Below, one piece after another: positions 61,562-64,000 of a stretch of 64,000 bases of DNA (the stretch's first letter is position 1; each line of letters begins with the position of its first letter). The position numbers were made by a program, and so were the translations under genes. The notes beneath the pieces were generated by a model, which saw only the letters and a list, made by a program, of their open reading frames with translations, ran no database searches and was not told the origin of the DNA. Origin of the DNA: Gammaproteobacteria bacterium (GTDB taxonomy: Bacteria > Pseudomonadota > Gammaproteobacteria > JBCCGL01); the NCBI GenBank assembly GCA_965277715.1, contig OZ255836.1, positions 2,112,001 to 2,176,000 of the forward strand. Direction: 5' to 3'.

Positions 61562-62292
61562 CAACAAACGCGGGCGTTTTTCTGGAGTCGATAACCTGGC
61601 AGGAGGCTGAGCGCTGGTTGACGCCCGAGCGCGTGGTGGTGATTCCATTAGGCGCTGCCGCCAAAGAACACGGGCCACACCTGACACTGGGCAACGATGC
61701 GATTACCGCAAACTGGCTGGCACGCGAAGTGTGCCAGCGATTACCTGTAGTGATTACACCTTTGGTCAACACACATTTTTACCCGGCATTCGTTGAATAC
61801 CCCGGTTCCATTAGCTTACGCGAATCGACAGCGCGTGATGTGATTGTGGATATTTGTAACAGCCTGTCGGCATTTGGTGTGCAAAATTTTTATGTACTAA
61901 ACACGGGTGTTTCCACTGAAAAGCCCTTAACTGCAGCGGCACAACAACTTGCAACAAACAACCTGAAATTGAAATTCCTGCGGCTCACAGAGGCCTATGC
62001 TGATTTGCCAAAAACATTATTCAGCCAGTCACATGGCAGCCATGCAGACGAACGCGAAACCTCGCTGATGCTACATATCGCCCCTGAAACCGTACAGATG
62101 GATAAAGCAATGTGCGATGGAACGGAAGGAAACGGCTATCTATCGCGAACACCGGGGCAGGGTACTTACTCCCCCAGCGGAATTTATGGCGATGCAACCC
62201 TGGCAAACCAGGATAAAGGACGCGTATTAGCAGCGTGTATGCTTAAGCATATCTGCCAGGAAATAAACTTGTTCAAAACCAAATTCCAGTGA
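61558..62292 (+). CDS. Creatininase family protein
   Basis: PLGA..KEHGPHL...ND, YPGS, HA...ETS and SG..GD; TTG start overlaps the bluB stop. Confidence 0.88.
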   Translation: MTTNAGVFLESITWQEAERWLTPERVVVIPLGAAAKEHGPHLTLGNDAITANWLAREVCQRLPVVITPLVNTHFYPAFVEYPGSISLRESTARDVIVDICNSLSAFGVQNFYVLNTGVSTEKPLTAAAQQLATNNLKLKFLRLTEAYADLPKTLFSQSHGSHADERETSLMLHIAPETVQMDKAMCDGTEGNGYLSRTPGQGTYSPSGIYGDATLANQDKGRVLAACMLKHICQEINLFKTKFQ

Positions 62293-62394
62293 ACAGATGA
62301 CAACCCATTACTACCTCATCCGGTTAATTAGGCACTTTTAGCAAAAAATACCTAATTAGGTAATTCAACCTAAATTCCGCTAAATACATGGGAT

Positions 62395-64000
62395 TCAGCT
62401 ATCTATTGCCGCTAAATTCAACCCAAATTTCCGCGCACACGCTTTCGCTGCCGGATAACCTGCATCGGCATGCCGCATTACGCCACTGGCCGGATCATTC
62501 CACAATACGCGCTTGATGCGTGTGGCCGCCGCATCAGTGCCATCACAACAGATAACCAGCCCGGCGTGCTGCGCGTAACCCATACCGACACCACCACCGT
62601 GATGGAATGAAACCCAGGTTGCCCCACCCGATGTACTCAGCAGTAAGTTAAGCAGTGCCCAGTCAGAAACGGCATCGGAGCCATCCATCATTGCCTCGGT
62701 TTCACGGTTGGGGCTGGCGACGGAACCCGAGTCGAGGTGGTCGCGGCCAATCACCACCGGCGCTTTGAGTTCACCGCTTTTCACCATGTCGTTAAACGCC
62801 AGGCCCAGCCGGTCACGGTCTCCCAGGCCGACCCAGCAAATGCGCGATGGCAGGCCCTGAAAGCTGATGCGTGACTGCGCCATATCCAGCCAGTTGTGCA
62901 GGTGAGGATTGTCTGGAATCAGTTCTTTTACTTTTGCATCGGTTTTATAAATATCCTCCGGGTCACCGGATAGCGCAACCCAGCGGAACGGCCCGATACC
63001 CTGGCAGAATAATGGGCGGATATACGCAGGCACAAAGCCGGGGAAGTCAAATGCATTATCGACACCTTTGTTTTTGGCCTCCTGGCGGATGTTGTTGCCG
63101 TAGTCCACGGTTGGGATGCCCTGCGCATGAAAAGCGAGCATGGCGCGCACGTGTACCGCCATTGAAGCGCGGGCGGCCGCTGCAACGTTGTCCGGGTTGG
63201 TTTGCGCTTCACTGCGCCACTGTTCAAGTGTCCAGCCAATGGGCAGGTAGCCATTTACCGGGTCGTGTGCCGAGGTCTGGTCGGTGACCATATCGGGCTT
63301 AATACCCTGTTTTACCATATCTGGCAGTATTTCAGCCGCATTGCCCAGCACACCGACTGAAATGGCCTCACCTCCGGCATGTGCCTGTTCGATCATTTTT
63401 AGCGCCTCGTCGACTGAATTGGCACGTTTGTCGAGGTAGCGATTGCCGAGTCGGAACTGGATGCGCGATTCGTCGCACTCGATAGCCAGTAATGAGTAGC
63501 CCGCCATGGTCGCCGCCAACGGCTGGGCGCCCCCCATACCACCGAGACCGGCTGTCAGAATCCACTTGCCCCGGGTATTGCCGCCAAAGTGTTGCCGACC
63601 CGCCTCGACGAAGGTTTCATAGGTGCCTTGTACAATGCCCTGCGAGCCAATGTAAATCCAGGAACCGGCGGTCATTTGACCAAACATCATCAGGTCTTTT
63701 TTATCCAGCGCGTTGAAGTGCTCCCAGTTGGCCCAGGCGGGCACCAGGTTAGAGTTGGCGATCAGTACGCGGGGGGCGTCCGGGTGGGTTTTGAATACCC
63801 CGACCGGTTTGCCCGATTGAATGCACAGGCTTTCATCATCGTTCAGCGTTTGCAGGGTTTCCAGAATTTTGTCAAAGCATGCCCAGTTGCGTGCGGCACG
63901 GCCAATCCCGCCGTATACCACCAATTCCTCCGGGCGTTCGGCGACTTCGGCATCCAGGTTGTTCTGGATCATGCGAAACGGTGCCTCAGTCAGCCAGCTT
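62395..64000 (-). CDS. hutU: Urocanate hydratase (5' end outside the window)
   Basis: [42 protein letters not shown] and HHGGGVG. Confidence 0.98.
   Translation of the reverse strand, partial: SWLTEAPFRMIQNNLDAEVAERPEELVVYGGIGRAARNWACFDKILETLQTLNDDESLCIQSGKPVGVFKTHPDAPRVLIANSNLVPAWANWEHFNALDKKDLMMFGQMTAGSWIYIGSQGIVQGTYETFVEAGRQHFGGNTRGKWILTAGLGGMGGAQPLAATMAGYSLLAIECDESRIQFRLGNRYLDKRANSVDEALKMIEQAHAGGEAISVGVLGNAAEILPDMVKQGIKPDMVTDQTSAHDPVNGYLPIGWTLEQWRSEAQTNPDNVAAAARASMAVHVRAMLAFHAQGIPTVDYGNNIRQEAKNKGVDNAFDFPGFVPAYIRPLFCQGIGPFRWVALSGDPEDIYKTDAKVKELIPDNPHLHNWLDMAQSRISFQGLPSRICWVGLGDRDRLGLAFNDMVKSGELKAPVVIGRDHLDSGSVASPNRETEAMMDGSDAVSDWALLNLLLSTSGGATWVSFHHGGGVGMGYAQHAGLVICCDGTDAAATRIKRVLWNDPASGVMRHADAGYPAAKACARKFGLNLAAIDS

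Overview
Chromosomal window of a gammaproteobacterium, judged from the ubiH-pepP-ygfB / zapA-6S RNA-ygfA-EVE / ilvA-rpiA synteny and probably marine. Housekeeping and catabolic genes (selO, a Lys1/Lys9-type saccharopine dehydrogenase pair, surE, aspC, qor, hydantoinase A/B, Rieske oxygenase, GcvT-like and MttB-family genes, bluB, hutU) are interrupted by four accessory regions. (1) An AT-rich, apparently intact R-body locus (about 11.0-20.7 kb): four canonical rebB genes and three divergent Reb-like or accessory genes. They are co-oriented with two unknown ORFs, an orphan PtuB-like HNH nuclease, an exported GH25 muramidase, a beta-trefoil-like protein and a degenerate-AAA/AraC regulator. (2) An IS3/IS21/IS4/IS66 pile-up with a broken NACHT NTPase. 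(3) A defence-island remnant (qatC/qatD fragments, intact DUF262/HNH gene, ADP-ribosylglycohydrolase pseudogene) bounded by a 157-bp duplication of the aspC 3' end. (4) A 3.5-kb element with about 210-bp palindrome-rich terminal inverted repeats and a degenerate 10-bp target duplication, carrying an intact DUF6765-type gene. Many accessory genes are collapsed by internal deletions. All family calls come from motif recognition by eye; no database searches were run.
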